The position numbers were made by a program, and so were the translations under genes. The notes beneath the pieces were generated by a model that did not search any database, was not told where the DNA came from, and was given only the letters and a program-made list of their open reading frames with translations. DNA of 63,323 nucleotides, counting the filler, from Octopus bimaculoides (Eukaryota), in NCBI RefSeq assembly GCF_001194135.2. It is 3 parts of 3 records of this genome, joined end to end, with 100 filler letters (N's around TTAATTAATTAA, not from the genome) between each part and the next. Parts side by side here need not be neighbours in the genome. Positions count along the whole stretch, not along the records: positions 29,397 to 56,030 come from NC_068982.1; 2 more parts are not named here. One strand, given 5' to 3'. Shown one piece after another: positions 39,046 to 51,369 of the stretch. Position 1 is the first letter of the stretch; every line of letters starts with the position of its first letter.

Positions 39046-40065
39046 TTATTCTTTTTAAGCCCAGTACTTACTCTATCGGTCGCTTTTGCCGAACCTCTAA
39101 GTTACGGGGACGTAAACACACCAACACTGGTTTTCAAGATATTGTGGGGGGACAAGCACAGACACACACACACATATACATACATATATATANNNNNNNN
39201 NNNAATCCACTCACAAGGCTTTGGTCGGCCCGTTACTATAGTAGAAGACATTTGCGCAAGGTGCCACGCAGTGGAACTGAACCCGGAACCATGTGGTTGG
39301 GAAGCAAGCTTCTTACAACACAGCCACGCCTGCGCCTATAAATTAGTTATATTTTTACAATACCCAAAATATTTTCACAATTTTTTAATGTGAATCCTTA
39401 TAATACTTAATCATGAACATATAAAAGGATTTTTTATGCATCGAATGGCTCTGAGGGTCCACCAGAATGGTCCAAGAATCAAAGAGGCCCATTGGGTAAA
39501 GATTGATTGGGAAACACTGGTTAAATAAATGTTTCCTGTTTTTCAGGTTTATGTAGCAATCCGAGTTTTTTGAAATCTTCTGTAGAGTTTTAAGGAATTG
39601 AATTGAGAAGAAAGTGAGTGTAACAGAATAAATCCATGGCAGTTTTTATTATCGTCTGACAAGATTCAATGGTTTCTAACCTTTGAAGCAAATAGAGCAA
39701 TTTAAAAACAGTTAGGCCGATCAATTCCCTATATTCCCATCCTTAAAGAAATTAATCTTGTACTGTCATCGAATGAGTACTTCACTTATTACGCCAATTC
39801 CTTCAAACGGGAATGGACATCAAAATTTCCTTGCCTTAATAGGGGTCAGCAGCCGTCGACTGTTCATGATTACCGCTGACGGGGTTAAGTAACTGACATT
39901 GTTTATTGTTCTGTTCCCAGAAATAATTAAACAAATAAAATAAGAATAATATATTTAGAATTCTTACCCAATTGATCAATTGGCAAATTACCGTAGTCTT
40001 TGTAACTCACGCAAATGTCAACCTCACCCTTCGCAACAAGTATGTGTGTGTGTGTGTGTGTGTGC

Positions 40066-40102
<37 letters not shown>

Positions 40103-40379
40103 CGAGAGACAGATAGACAGCGAGAGACAGAGACAGAGAGTGACAGAGACAGGCAGAGATAGACAAAGACAGAGAGAAAGAAGGAGAGAGACAAACAGAG
40201 AAAAAGAGAAAGAGAGAGAAAGAGAAGGAGAGTGTGTGTGTGTATGTGTGTGTGCGCGTGTGTGTGTATACAAACATACATACATGCATACATTTTTGAA
40301 TGTTCCACCGATATTCTTTATTTTCAAAGCTCTGGATACATTCCTAGTATGTCTTCGGTCAGGACAATCCTTCTGTTTA

Positions 40380-41930
40380 TAGAATTGCAGACGGTTTTAC
40401 AGACAATATCATGTCTCATGAAAAGGCATTATCTTATCGATTATTTTTCGGACAGTTATGATGGTACGAGTAATATCTTCCATATTCATATGGTACAATC
40501 GACATTGTCTGTCACATCGTGGAGAACAAGAAGCAATTTATGTTTCTTGTTCTTCGGGTGCTTAGTACTTTTCTCTTATTCTTGGATAGCAAAGGCGTAG
40601 CTTTCTCGGTAAAATGTATTGTACTTGTCCTGTTAATGCTGTTACTGTTCTCTAGCGTTTGGGGTTAGTTACCACGCAGGTCTTTCTGCTGGTATAATGA
40701 CTACTTCTCCTCCAAGCTTCTGTTTATGTTGGTCAGTCCAATCCCACTTGCTTCACCTCGAACAACTGAACACTTTGAGTGCCTATTCAGAAGTCCTTGC
40801 CCTAATCTCTTGGCGGTATTGCACTCAGTGTTAAGTACTCGTTTCTGTCTTTTACAGTTCAGTTGGTCTAAACGAAGTGACACGGTGTGACATTCAAAGG
40901 CTGTCTCCATAGATCTTATGATCTCCACCCTACGTTCTATATTCCTCCATTTAATGTGGAGTTTGTGCTATTTCACTTCCTTAAGGACAGTTTTGTTAAT
41001 GAGGAGTTGTTCAGCACAGACTCAGATATTTTTCTTCCATCATGCCTGTCCATCAATCATCATTTTGTGTGCTTCGTAGTGATCCTTGTGAAATGTGTTT
41101 AAGCAACCTGCGCATAATCCACACATCACTTTTAAGCATGCAATAGGATTTTAGTTTTTGCCCACGTGCGTCCCCTGTTTTGTTCTCTCTTTTTGCTACC
41201 TGTGTCGTACGTGCAACTGGCTGTCAACATGTCACGGCAATCCCAGCGTTTATTGTTCTTTTGAACAGGTTAAGAAAGGCTGCCCTGTAGGGCTTGTGCT
41301 CTTTTTAACAACAACGAATGACTACCAGGTCTCTTCCAGATGATGTATGCATACTTTCATTTCCTCTTTTTAATTTAGAGTAAATTTTGACCAGTCACCT
41401 GCCTAGTTGCTAGGTTGCAAAAGAAACCATGTTGTTTAGTTCATCATCTTTTAAGCCTTAAGCAGGTCTTTCAGTTCTTTATTGACCTAGACATCGTGAT
41501 CATATTTTAGCGTATGAATTAAGTATTCATTCTTTTCCCGACAACCCAGGTCCAACCATACTTTGTTCCAGATAGCTTGGTTCATACCCTGTTGTGCTTT
41601 TAATAATCAGTATGAAACTGAAAGTGTATATTTAGTACTGGATTTGCGAACGTGTTATCATGGTTCACAGACGTTTTCTTTCTCCTGTATTTTTCTGACC
41701 ACATTCCGATTCATCAGGTGTCTGATTTCCTCAACAAGGAATATTTCTTGTGGCTTCCAAAACCGGTAATTTTAACTTGGCGACTGTTTTAATTTTCAAG
41801 TCACACTAATATTCTTTTGACCCGTTGGTCTCGATATAGTTGTCTGTTGGTATGTTCTTTTTTCTTCTCCTGTTCCAGACTTGTCACTGCATCGTGCCTT
41901 ATCGAAAGATAATCTCACGAATACAACCAT
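40380..41930 (-). mobile_element. Degenerate LINE ORF2 remnant, unclassified
   Basis: About 1.5 kb of purine/Lys-Arg-rich coding-like minus strand with weak similarity to LINE endonuclease and RT N-terminal motifs; no intact catalytic motif seen. Confidence 0.35.
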
Positions 41931-41973
41931 AATATGGTTGACAATTTAGTTAAATTTTGCGTTTTATATACGC

Positions 41974-42020
<47 letters not shown>

Positions 42021-42080
42021 ATCTATCTATCTCTACATTTCTCTCTCTCTCTCTCTACATATATATATATATGTATGTGC

Positions 42081-42129
<49 letters not shown>

Positions 42130-42132
<3 letters not shown>

Positions 42133-42335
42133 GAGAATGTACGAAAAAAAACAACAACAGACGAGGACAGGTGGTGTAAACAACAAAAGGATGTATTAGT
42201 TTGACGCTCGGGAATACAGAAAGTCTTTAACGTTTCGAGCTACGCTCTTCAACAGAAAGAATACGGAAAAAAACAAGGAGAAAAACACGGAGAAAAAAAA
42301 TTGAATGGTGTTTGGTCAACGATCTATTATGATGT
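42130..42335 (-). mobile_element. Family A PLE-terminus-like repeat
   Basis: Same module order as the other copies, between TA microsatellites. Confidence 0.55.
42224..42260 (-). ncRNA. Minimal hammerhead-like motif with A6U core (family A)
   Basis: TCTTT-CTGTTGA-A-GAGC-GTA-GCTC-GAAA-CGTT-AAAGA; perfect 5-bp stem I and 4-bp stem II. Confidence 0.6.
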
Positions 42336-42356
42336 GTGTGTGTATATATATATATC

Positions 42357-42722
42357 GTGACACTCCGTCGGTTACGACGACGTGGGTTCCAGTTGATCCA
42401 ATCAACAGAACAGCCTGCTCGTAAAATTAACGTGCAAGTGGCTGAGCACTCCACAGACACGTGTACTCTTAATGTAGTTCTCGGAGAGATTCAGCGTGAC
42501 AGAGTGTGACAAGGATGGCCCCTTTGAAATACAGGTACAACAGGAACAGGAAGAACGAGTGAGAGAAAGTTGTGGTGATAGAGTACAGCAGGGCTCGCCA
42601 CCGTCCCCTGCCGGAGCCTCGTGGAGCGTTTAGGTGTTTTCGCTCAATAAACATTTACAACGCCCTGTTTGGGAATCGAAACCGCGAGTCACCTGCCCAA
42701 ACCACTGGGCCATTGCGCCACC
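42357..42722 (-). mobile_element. tRNA-derived SINE, same family as 62178-62565
   Basis: Head GGCGCAATGGCCCAGTGGTT, body CTCCACGAGGCTCCGGCAGGGGA, shared tail. Confidence 0.85.
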
Positions 42723-43331
42723 ACATACATACGCGCGCGCGCGCGTGCACATACACACACACACACACACATATGCATGTATATATGTTTGTTTAAATGT
42801 ATGTATACTTGCAAAAGTATGAATTTATATAAATGTATGTGTGAAGCATGTTTAATATATATGTATGTGTATCTGTGTGTGTGTCTGTGTGTGTGTATGT
42901 GTGCGTATGTCTTTGTCCTCATCAACTGCTTGACAACCGGTGTTGGTTTGTTTATGTTCACGTTACAATAGTAGTTCGGTAAAAAAGACTGATAGAATAT
43001 GTACTAGGCTTTGAAATAAATAAAAAAAAAATAGTCGTGGTGTTCCAGTATGGCCGTAGTGAAATAATTAAAACAAGTAAAGGATGTATAATCGTGCGTC
43101 CAATTTCAGGTCCCCCAGCGCTGTGTGAAACTGTAACGATTGGGGGTCATTGCAGCTCCTCTTCCTTCCCTCCAGATGTCACATCTTCGATGTTCCTGGC
43201 ACCTACAATAACTAGCGGAGACATGGTAGACGCTGCCAAGTCACATTCCCTTGGGATAAGCAGCTATAGGTTTGAGCATGTGTGTGTATGTGTGCGGGGA
43301 GATATGCGTGTGTGTGTACGTGTGTATTTAT

Positions 43332-43501
43332 AGGCGCATCGTAGCTGCGTGGTAAGAAGCTTGCTTCCCAACCCTTTGGTTCCGGGCTCAATCCTAATGC
43401 ATAACACCCGGGCCAAATGTCTGCTACTGTAGCCTCGGTTCAGCGAAAGCCTTGTGAGTGGATTTGATAGACGGAAACTGGAAGAAGCCTGTCGTACGTG
43501 G

Positions 43502-43576
<75 letters not shown>

Positions 43577-43702
43577 AGAGAGAGAGAGACTTTGTGTCTG
43601 TATTTGTTCTCCCCATTGCTTGACAACTCAATCATCCGACTAAAAATTCTGCAAAGTGGTTCCCCAACATGGCCGCAGTCTAATAATTGAAACGAAAGAT
43701 AA
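43332..43702 (+). mobile_element. SINE family S3 with an internal (TG)n
   Basis: Same head and tail modules. Confidence 0.8.
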
Positions 43703-44251
43703 ATGATGTGTGTGTGTGCGTGTGTGTGTGCGTGTGTGTGTGTGTGTGTGTATGTATTCTTGTATGCACACATATACACACACTCGCACACGCACACACA
43801 CGCGCGCACACACACACATGATTAGTGTTATCACAGAAATTTGCGAGCATTTCACGCAACATATATTTTCATTTTGTCTTTTCTATGGTAATTCTTGGGA
43901 ATACTAAAAGCTGTGTTAATTGAAAAGATCTCAACGAATGTCTCATTACGGAAGCCCGACTGACCTTAAAATATTCAGGTCATTGAGCTAAATCCGGCTA
44001 ATGAATCTTTACCTGTTGTTGAAAAACATAAATTTGAAGAAGACAGGTTGAGAGAATGAGAAGCGAGAAGAGCGAAAGAGATCTATTAATCGTCAATGGA
44101 ATCATCTCGTCTCACGTGTAATTAAAACAGCATTTAATGAAGGTATTTTTAAGACTTTCCCGACATTTGGTAAGCTTTTAAAAATACAACTGAAGCACTT
44201 GGTTACGTTTTGTGGGCCTCTAATTGCAATATATTTATTATCCAGTATTTT

Positions 44252-44431
44252 CTTAAGGTGGCAAGCTGGGAGAAACGTTAGCACGCCGGGCGAAATACTT
44301 AGCCGTATTTCGTCTGTCTTTATGTTCTAAGTTCGAATTCAGCCGACGTCTACTTTTCCTTTCATCCTTTCGGGGTTGATAAATTTAGTACCAATTACGT
44401 ACTGGGGTCGATCTAATCGAGTAGAAAAAGA
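44252..44431 (+). mobile_element. SINE family S1
   Basis: Perfect TSD ATTATCCAGTATTTT at 44237-44251 and 44432-44446. Confidence 0.9.
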
Positions 44432-45499
44432 ATTATCCAGTATTTTATTGATCAATGCTGTTTATGCGGTCGAATGGTTTACACTTTTGCCAGCAAAAAT
44501 AGAAGAATTCTGTTAAAAACTTGTCGATGACACTAGGAACGATGACAGCAACGTTAGAAATCATTGTATGATTATACTTAATTTAACATTCTTAAGAATC
44601 CCTTAATTAGGATCATTCGAAATTAGGCGAATAATCAACGGTTGACCAATTAAGCTCGATATTGAACTCAGCTTGGAAATAATCTAGATTTTTAGATCTG
44701 GATGCAAAGCTAACTTTTGTATTGATCTTTATTTGATGAGTGTTATTAATGGCACAACCTGAGACAATTTTGTTAGATCTGTAACCAAGACGGAATGAGT
44801 TAATGAGAAAATGAAACATGAAACTAATAAAAGCATTTATCTGCAGTTTGTCATTTTCATTATAAGTCTTGTTATATTAGTAGTGTTTGCATAGTTGAGA
44901 GAAACTTTGGACAAAACTTTTACTTCCTGGTCAGTGAAGTTCGTTGATATATGACGAGAAATAGCTTAGCTGTAGTTATTTTGTTTCAAAACTACAGTTA
45001 ATTATATATAGTGATTAATAACAAAACTTTTCATGTTATTCTTCTCTCTAAGTATGGGTTCTATACCGATTCAAAGAAAGCATCGTTAACGTTGAGTACG
45101 AAGAGAGTAGAACAGACATTAACTCTTAAAAAAGAAGAAAAAAAGAAAGACAAAAACCGCGTCTGCGACCCTGTTCCTAGTGTTTTACACCACATTTTGG
45201 ATGGTATTGGAATTCAGAAAGGCATGAGCGTCATAAAAGATATTTTAAATAATATTAAAAAATATATAATTAAAATATATTAACAATAATATAAATAATA
45301 AATGAGTGGAAATTGAACCTGTGAGTGTATTAGATATTAAGGCAGTATGACTCTCCCCAGTCACAACAAAATTTGCTTCAACACACGTATTCACATAGAG
45401 AATCTTGCAAACCAGATACAAAAACGAAATAAACTTCAAAATATTGTTTTCTTGATAATATTAGTCCCCATGTCTATGTTATGGTCTCGGCCAGACTGT

Positions 45500-45750
45500 C
45501 GGTCACAATGTGTGTCGCATTCTTTTAGCTTTCCAATGATGCTACCGGACTGGCGAAGCGAGCAGGTTAAAGTTCCTCCAGATCGGAAGGCTATTCAGTC
45601 GCAGGGTTACTCATTTACAGCAGAGGGGACTGGAACAACGTGAAATGAAGCGTTTTTCTCAAGAACACAACACGCTACCTGGTTCGGGAATTGAACCGAC
45701 GATGTATCGATCGCGAATGTAACTCTCCTAGCCCCTACGCCATGCACCTC
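45500..45750 (-). mobile_element. SINE S2 (diverged)
   Basis: tRNA head and GTGTTGTGTTCTTGAGAAAAACGCTT body. Confidence 0.6.
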
Positions 45751-46606
45751 ATGTCTGTCAATATAAAAGATAAGTAGGAAAATTTGAGCAGCTGCCTGCC
45801 TTATGTCTCATGTGGAGTTATTTCCTCTAAGGGAATTAAACAATATTCGCTTCAGAAATCAACTTAAATCTTGTTATATGACATTGGTTCTTTAGTGTAG
45901 TGGTTATATCGTCTGCTCCACCTGCAAAACTGTTTGTTTTCAAATTATTTTAAGGGACGAGATGGTAGATGGCTAGAATGCCGAGCAGTATTCTTTCTGG
46001 ACCTCGTCACTCTGAATTCGAATTGTGGTTAACTTTGCTTTTCATCTTTTCACGGTCAATAAAATACCTGTCCACGAACACTGACACCACTTCTTCTTCT
46101 TCTTCTTCTCTTTCTCCCTCTCCCCCTCGTCTCTCTCTCTGAGTATATTCTACTTTTACTCTGAAAGAAGTCGGCTGTGGTCAGACCTGCAGACTGATGG
46201 ACACTTTGCCCTGTTTAAAGACCCCCCCCCATTTCCCGACACTCCCTCAGTTGTCCTCCATCAAAGAGTAAGGGCCCGATGAACGGAAGGGTTATGTGAT
46301 GTAATCTATTATATGAGATAAAAATGATGAACGCTCGTCTTTCATAGCGCCCGAAATTGCCCCATGTGCTACCTAGACACATTTTGAAAATTATGCACTA
46401 TTTTCCACCAAGAATATTGCTTTATGTCCTACCCAAGTATTTAATTTCAAGAAGGTTGGTAATTCTCTGTTGGCTATTTTTATTTTACTTTCCCTGCTTC
46501 TTTTTTATTTGTTTTTTTATCTAACTTAGGCAAAACAAGAAAGTTATAAAATTTTATTCACAAATATTTCCAGTTCTGTCTCACTACCCAACAGCTTATT
46601 CATGAG

Positions 46607-46855
46607 AGTAAAGGTTGTTTGCCAACATAACATGGTAGTCCTGGTTTAGGATGAATGTTGCTGTAACAACCCGAAAATCGCGATACACAGATATTGTTTT
46701 GAGCTGAGTGGAGGTGCTAGATTCCCTAGTTCGAAAATATAAGTACATAAATCGTGTCGTATAGCCAGCTGGAGACGATGTCTCCTGGGGCTAAATTGCA
46801 GCAACGTTAGTCCTAAACCAGGACTGCCATGTTATGTTGGCAAACAATCTTTACT
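46607..46855. mobile_element. MITE with long terminal inverted repeats
   Basis: AGTAAAG(G/A)TTGTTTGCCAACATAACATGG(T/C)AGTCCTGGTTTAGGA at both ends in inverted orientation; part of the interior recurs near 57610-57660. Confidence 0.8.
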
Positions 46856-47215
46856 ACAAAGAACTGTTGCTGAATATCTCTCGTTGTGAGATTTACAAAT
46901 AGTAATTCTATAGCTTATTCATTGTTTTATGCCAGTGTCCAAACCGACAGACAACTTTTGAGTGAAATTAGGTGGACAAAATCTTAGTTGAAGCCTGTTG
47001 TGGCTATTGCCTCAGTTCTTCAATGCAGTAATTAATCTGCCATCCGTTTTAACACAACTACCTCACCATTGGGTGCGTTTAACTGAGTCCAGTCTGTGCC
47101 ATGTTCTCAGACCAGGTTCATCAATCGTAGAATAACTATCCTCTNNNNNNNNNNNNNNNNNNNNNNNNNNNNNNNNNNNNNNNNNNNNNNNNNNNNNNNN
47201 NNNNNNNNNNNNNNN

Positions 47216-47404
<189 letters not shown>

Positions 47405-47630
47405 ATTCAAGGCACTGCCTAGAATTGAATTCGCAAAATAAAATAACATCAGCCAAAAAATACCTTAGAAATGAGAACCCACAGTTGGGTTCAAAATTCC
47501 ACCAGGACGCCTGATGAAGGCTGGAACGTAAAACAGTCGAAACGTTGTGGTAATAACAAACAAGATGAGGACAAATATCTGTCCAATGTAAATAATGTAC
47601 AGACTTCCTCATCTCTGAAATATAGAACAA
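47405..47630 (+). mobile_element. Second copy of the HHR-bearing SINE-like element, with its head fragment inverted
   Basis: Tail AATACCTTAG-AATGAGAACCC...CTGATGA...CAAGATGAGGACAAATATC matches the 38748-39045 element. The adjacent 47405-47432 is the reverse complement of the B-box end of the head, next to (ATT)n. Confidence 0.7.
47506..47551 (+). ncRNA. Minimal type I hammerhead ribozyme motif (family B)
   Basis: GACGC-CTGATGA-A-GGCTG-[10 nt]-CAGTC-GAAA-CGTT-GTGGT; core intact, stems hold with G-U pairs. Confidence 0.65.
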
Positions 47631-48029
47631 CTACCCTCTTGACTCCTACTGATCACGGAGGTCATTGTAATGTAAAATTGCCGTAAACTGAAAACCGTAT
47701 ATGCATGATGTATTGTGATCTTTCACTATTCAGTCTCAATTTTTAAGAATTATTCTGAAGTTGTGGTCAACGTTGTCTGCAAAAGAGTGATTTGATAATA
47801 GAGAAATAAAAATTCCTGACAATTGCTAATATTTTCTGATGCAGGTGCTTTCGGCGTTGCTACTAAATTAGATATTATTGCCGATACAGTTGAACTTTCA
47901 ATGTCTGTCAATGCTGCAATAATAATGAGAGAACAGGAAGAAGAAGAAGGTGTGAAGGCGATATCGGTGGCGGGGGTTTTCCACCAGAACTATGAAGATG
48001 GTAGTAATAAGTTTCCTAACTGTGGAGCT

Positions 48030-48041
48030 GATGAGGATGAA

Positions 48042-48079
<38 letters not shown>

Positions 48080-48095
48080 CGACGACGACGACGAC

Positions 48096-48138
<43 letters not shown>

Positions 48139-48140
48139 TC
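48030..48140. repeat. (GAT)n(GAC)n(GAT)n microsatellite
   Basis: Directly visible; source of the poly-Asp ORF. Confidence 0.95.
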
Positions 48141-48314
48141 CAAACTTTTACGAAATTTAAACGTGAATTAATTCTAGACGTTTGATTTCTCTTATTTAAC
48201 CGCAGCCTTCTCTCTGTATAGCTATAAATTATCCACGAGTGAAATCGTGTCGTTTAAACTGTATGATTGATCATTTACTTGACTTTTTCAAAGATATGAT
48301 TCTTTCTATTTCAG

Positions 48315-48423
48315 TTGAGCCCATGGTTTTATGATCTTAAGTTTTGTGCGCAGTACTTAGCTGATTCAAACGCTGCTTTGAATCCTGTCATATACGTGGG
48401 CTTCAATGAAAATTTTCGTAACG
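48315..48423 (+). CDS. Class A GPCR, TM7/helix 8 exon (LSPWFYDLKFCAQYLADSNAALNPVIYVGFNENFRN)
   Basis: Acceptor ttctatttcag|TTG, donor ACG|gtaagg; NPxxY (NPVIY) followed by FNENFR; in frame with the TM6 exon. Absent from the ORF track. Confidence 0.93.
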
Positions 48424-50200
48424 GTAAGGTATTGCTTTCTTTTAATTATTTTCTTTATTTAATTATTTTCTAATATTCTCGTCAAATGGTATAAACGTTA
48501 CAACATTCTATTTTTACATCTACCAAGATTTCTCGCGTAGCTAACACAAAGTAGATCACTTGAACTGAATTTATAGAGATTTTACGACAGAATTTGAGAA
48601 CGAAATAAGAATCAATAATGTTTGTCAAAATTAGCTAAAAGATCATCTCCACAGCAGCTTTCGACTTGCCACCCACAGGTTTGAAACGCTTATAAAGAAT
48701 AATTTAAAACCATTAAGATTATTTTTGTTTTTTCAGACAAAACCAGATATTTGTATAAAATTAACAGCAACGTATATAATCTGCTTTCTTCTAACAGTAT
48801 TTCTAATATTCATTAAAAAAAAATCTAATGACACTAAATTTAATTCTATTAATTATGAAACTAATAACGACGGAATTACAAACAAATGATAGAATTGCAC
48901 GCTTAACACTATGAAGGCTTTATATTAAATTGAAGAATTCTATCAAAATTTTATTAATATTCCATCTTCTACGCCACTAAATCTAATTCAAAGCGATTTC
49001 AGTGTAGTAAAAAATGTACAATATTATTCTTGAAATTACGCAAACTACCAATTTGCCAGTATAGAATAGAAGATTTATATTAATAATTGGCCGAATAAAA
49101 TTAGTAGTAAAGATCTTGACATATTTATCCAGTTTTATAACATTGAATTTCACACTTCGACAACTAAATCGTTTTGTCCAAAAACCATTAGCTTTTGCCA
49201 AGAATTATATTTCAGTCAGTGATTTTAATCAAGCATACAAGACCATTACTTTCTTCCTATAATGCGATATGGTTAAAATGGAATTATACTAATTCTTTTA
49301 CCGTATTAATTCTCAGACACGGAAAATACAAACGATAAAAGTTATTTGGTTTCGTGCGCCATTTAACTTAACTAGATAAATATTTTGCGGAAAATCATAT
49401 ACGTCATAGGATTTTTAAAACAAAGAATGCTGCATTGAGTTTTAGTTGAAGACATAATTTTCTATAGAAATTGAAAATATTAATTGTAAACATATTATAC
49501 AGCTATCTTCATTGAATTTTCATTCGCTCAATTGTTTTAACCTCGTAAATAACCCATCAAATCAATTGTTTTTCAGAATCGGTATTTTATTGTACAAAAA
49601 TATTTACAACTAGTGACTATTTCTAAGGATTAGATAGAGATGCCTGGAAACTTGTTTAGGTTAAACAATAATCAACATAAATACATTTTCAGAAATTCAT
49701 AAAGATCTCACGGAAATTTATCAAAGTACTTTAAAATCTGACGATATCAGAAACTATAAAACTATTTGGGAGATGTTAAAGCATATCAAATCTTTTATTC
49801 ATTATTGTGAAATTTGTATTTCGGTAGGAAATTGATATTTTAATTGGAATTCCTAAGCACTCGTCCAGAGCTAATATTCTTTGGTCGTGTACTGCTTTGA
49901 AGCGTTTATTGAAATATACACAAATAATATTCTCTAGTATCTTACTTTCTTAAAGTAGATTCACTGTGATTTCGGTGTGGCATCTTGTTACGATATCAGA
50001 TGACTCTTTACAATCCAGAGTTCCAGGGTCGACAGCCAGTTGCTGCGTAAAAGGATTGAACAATAAATTTCTCAGCGAGTTTATAAAATGTTTATTGCAG
50101 TAAATTGTTATGAGTATTTATCACTTCCAAGTCTTATATGAATGTATGTTTTTTTTTCTTTTACCATAATTTACCATAGGCCATTCTTTTTTTAACGTAG

Positions 50201-50304
50201 GTCTTCGAGACACGATGAGGTGTATGCAGAAACGGAATCCAGAAGAAATAATGATGCGAAGAAACAATTCTGCCTATCAAAGTACTTCGGTTACAAATCT
50301 ATGA
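50201..50304 (+). CDS. Class A GPCR, terminal exon ((G)LRDTMRCMQKRNPEEIMMRRNNSAYQSTSVTNL*)
   Basis: Acceptor ttctttttttaacgtag|GT completes the phase-1 Gly codon. The three exons total 312 nt (103 aa plus stop). Cys after helix 8 and a Ser/Thr-rich tail fit a GPCR C-terminus. Confidence 0.8.
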
Positions 50305-51369
50305 ACGAATAAAACTCTACATATCATGACTGATCATACCAAAAAAGAATTTTTTAAATGCTTGTATTTTTTATCTTTTCGAATTCTAGAAATGCAACAC
50401 AAAAACACAAAATGCAAGTATCTGTTGAAGAAATAATCATCAAATATCATGTCGGTTCACAAGTGTTTGCAACAATATATTTTCTTCTGTGGCATTGAGT
50501 ATCATAAGCATATGAAATCATTATAGAATACTTTTTGCTTAAATGTTCAGATGTATTTAAATGAGGTCCTTTCATTTAACTTGTTATTTAGATTCTGTTT
50601 CGTTTCCTTAAATCATACTAAACTGTATGTTTAAGAGTTAAGTGCCCGTTAAGGAGCACTTAACTGTTAATATTGATTCTATGATCCATTGTAAATTCTT
50701 AACTGAAACAACATAATTTCAGAGCGTATTTGGAAAAGATATGAATGAACTTCACTACATTCCATTCATTGAATCTTTTATCATTAGTTCTTCCAACCAA
50801 ATTTTAAAAAGAAATCACTATTACAATGAATTATCACTGAAGAAGTTTCCTTAGTCGCTTGACCAACTCGGTGTACCGGTAAATTAAAACCAAACAATTC
50901 TGTTGTTCAAAGTGAAAATCGTGTTTTAAATGTTAAATGTGAAGATAACCTCTCTACTACAGATATAATGGGACCACGACAGTGAAATACTTCAATCAAT
51001 GACAGAACACAATGTGACACAGGATACTGTTAACTGACAGCTGAACAGGCTTAAACGTGTCTACGCATTGACGACGACCAGCACACCTATTATTCAGCAG
51101 TGCATTGTAAAGTGATGATAGAATCGTTGTGAAACGTATCTCGTGTTAACTTATGAATGAAATGAATTATTTCACTACGCTCCAAGATTTTCTTCCTCGT
51201 TCATCAAATCTCTAAGGCCAGAGATCTTATCAAACCAAACTACTTGTACAAACGATCAATATTTATTTTTATCACATATCATGGAATACAACTTTGGCTT
51301 TATCGTCATTCTGTTTTCATCTGTCTCTACATAACCACATATATACGAAGCACACACACACATATATAC

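Larger units (their letters stand above)
38670..39337 (-). mobile_element. SINE family S3, split by the HHR-bearing element
   Basis: S3 tail at 38670-38747; S3 sequence resumes at 39046; head ends near 39337. Confidence 0.8.

Noticed and set aside
41680-41725. CTGATGA...GAAA on the minus strand (similar partial hits at 13321, 18141, 49738, 54776)
   Set aside because: Stem II and/or stems I and III cannot form; not counted as hammerheads.
47823-48185. 120-aa ORF with poly-Asp as an extra GPCR exon
   Set aside because: The acidic tract is a (GAT)n microsatellite, there is no suitable donor site, and the TM6 and TM7 exons join in frame without it.
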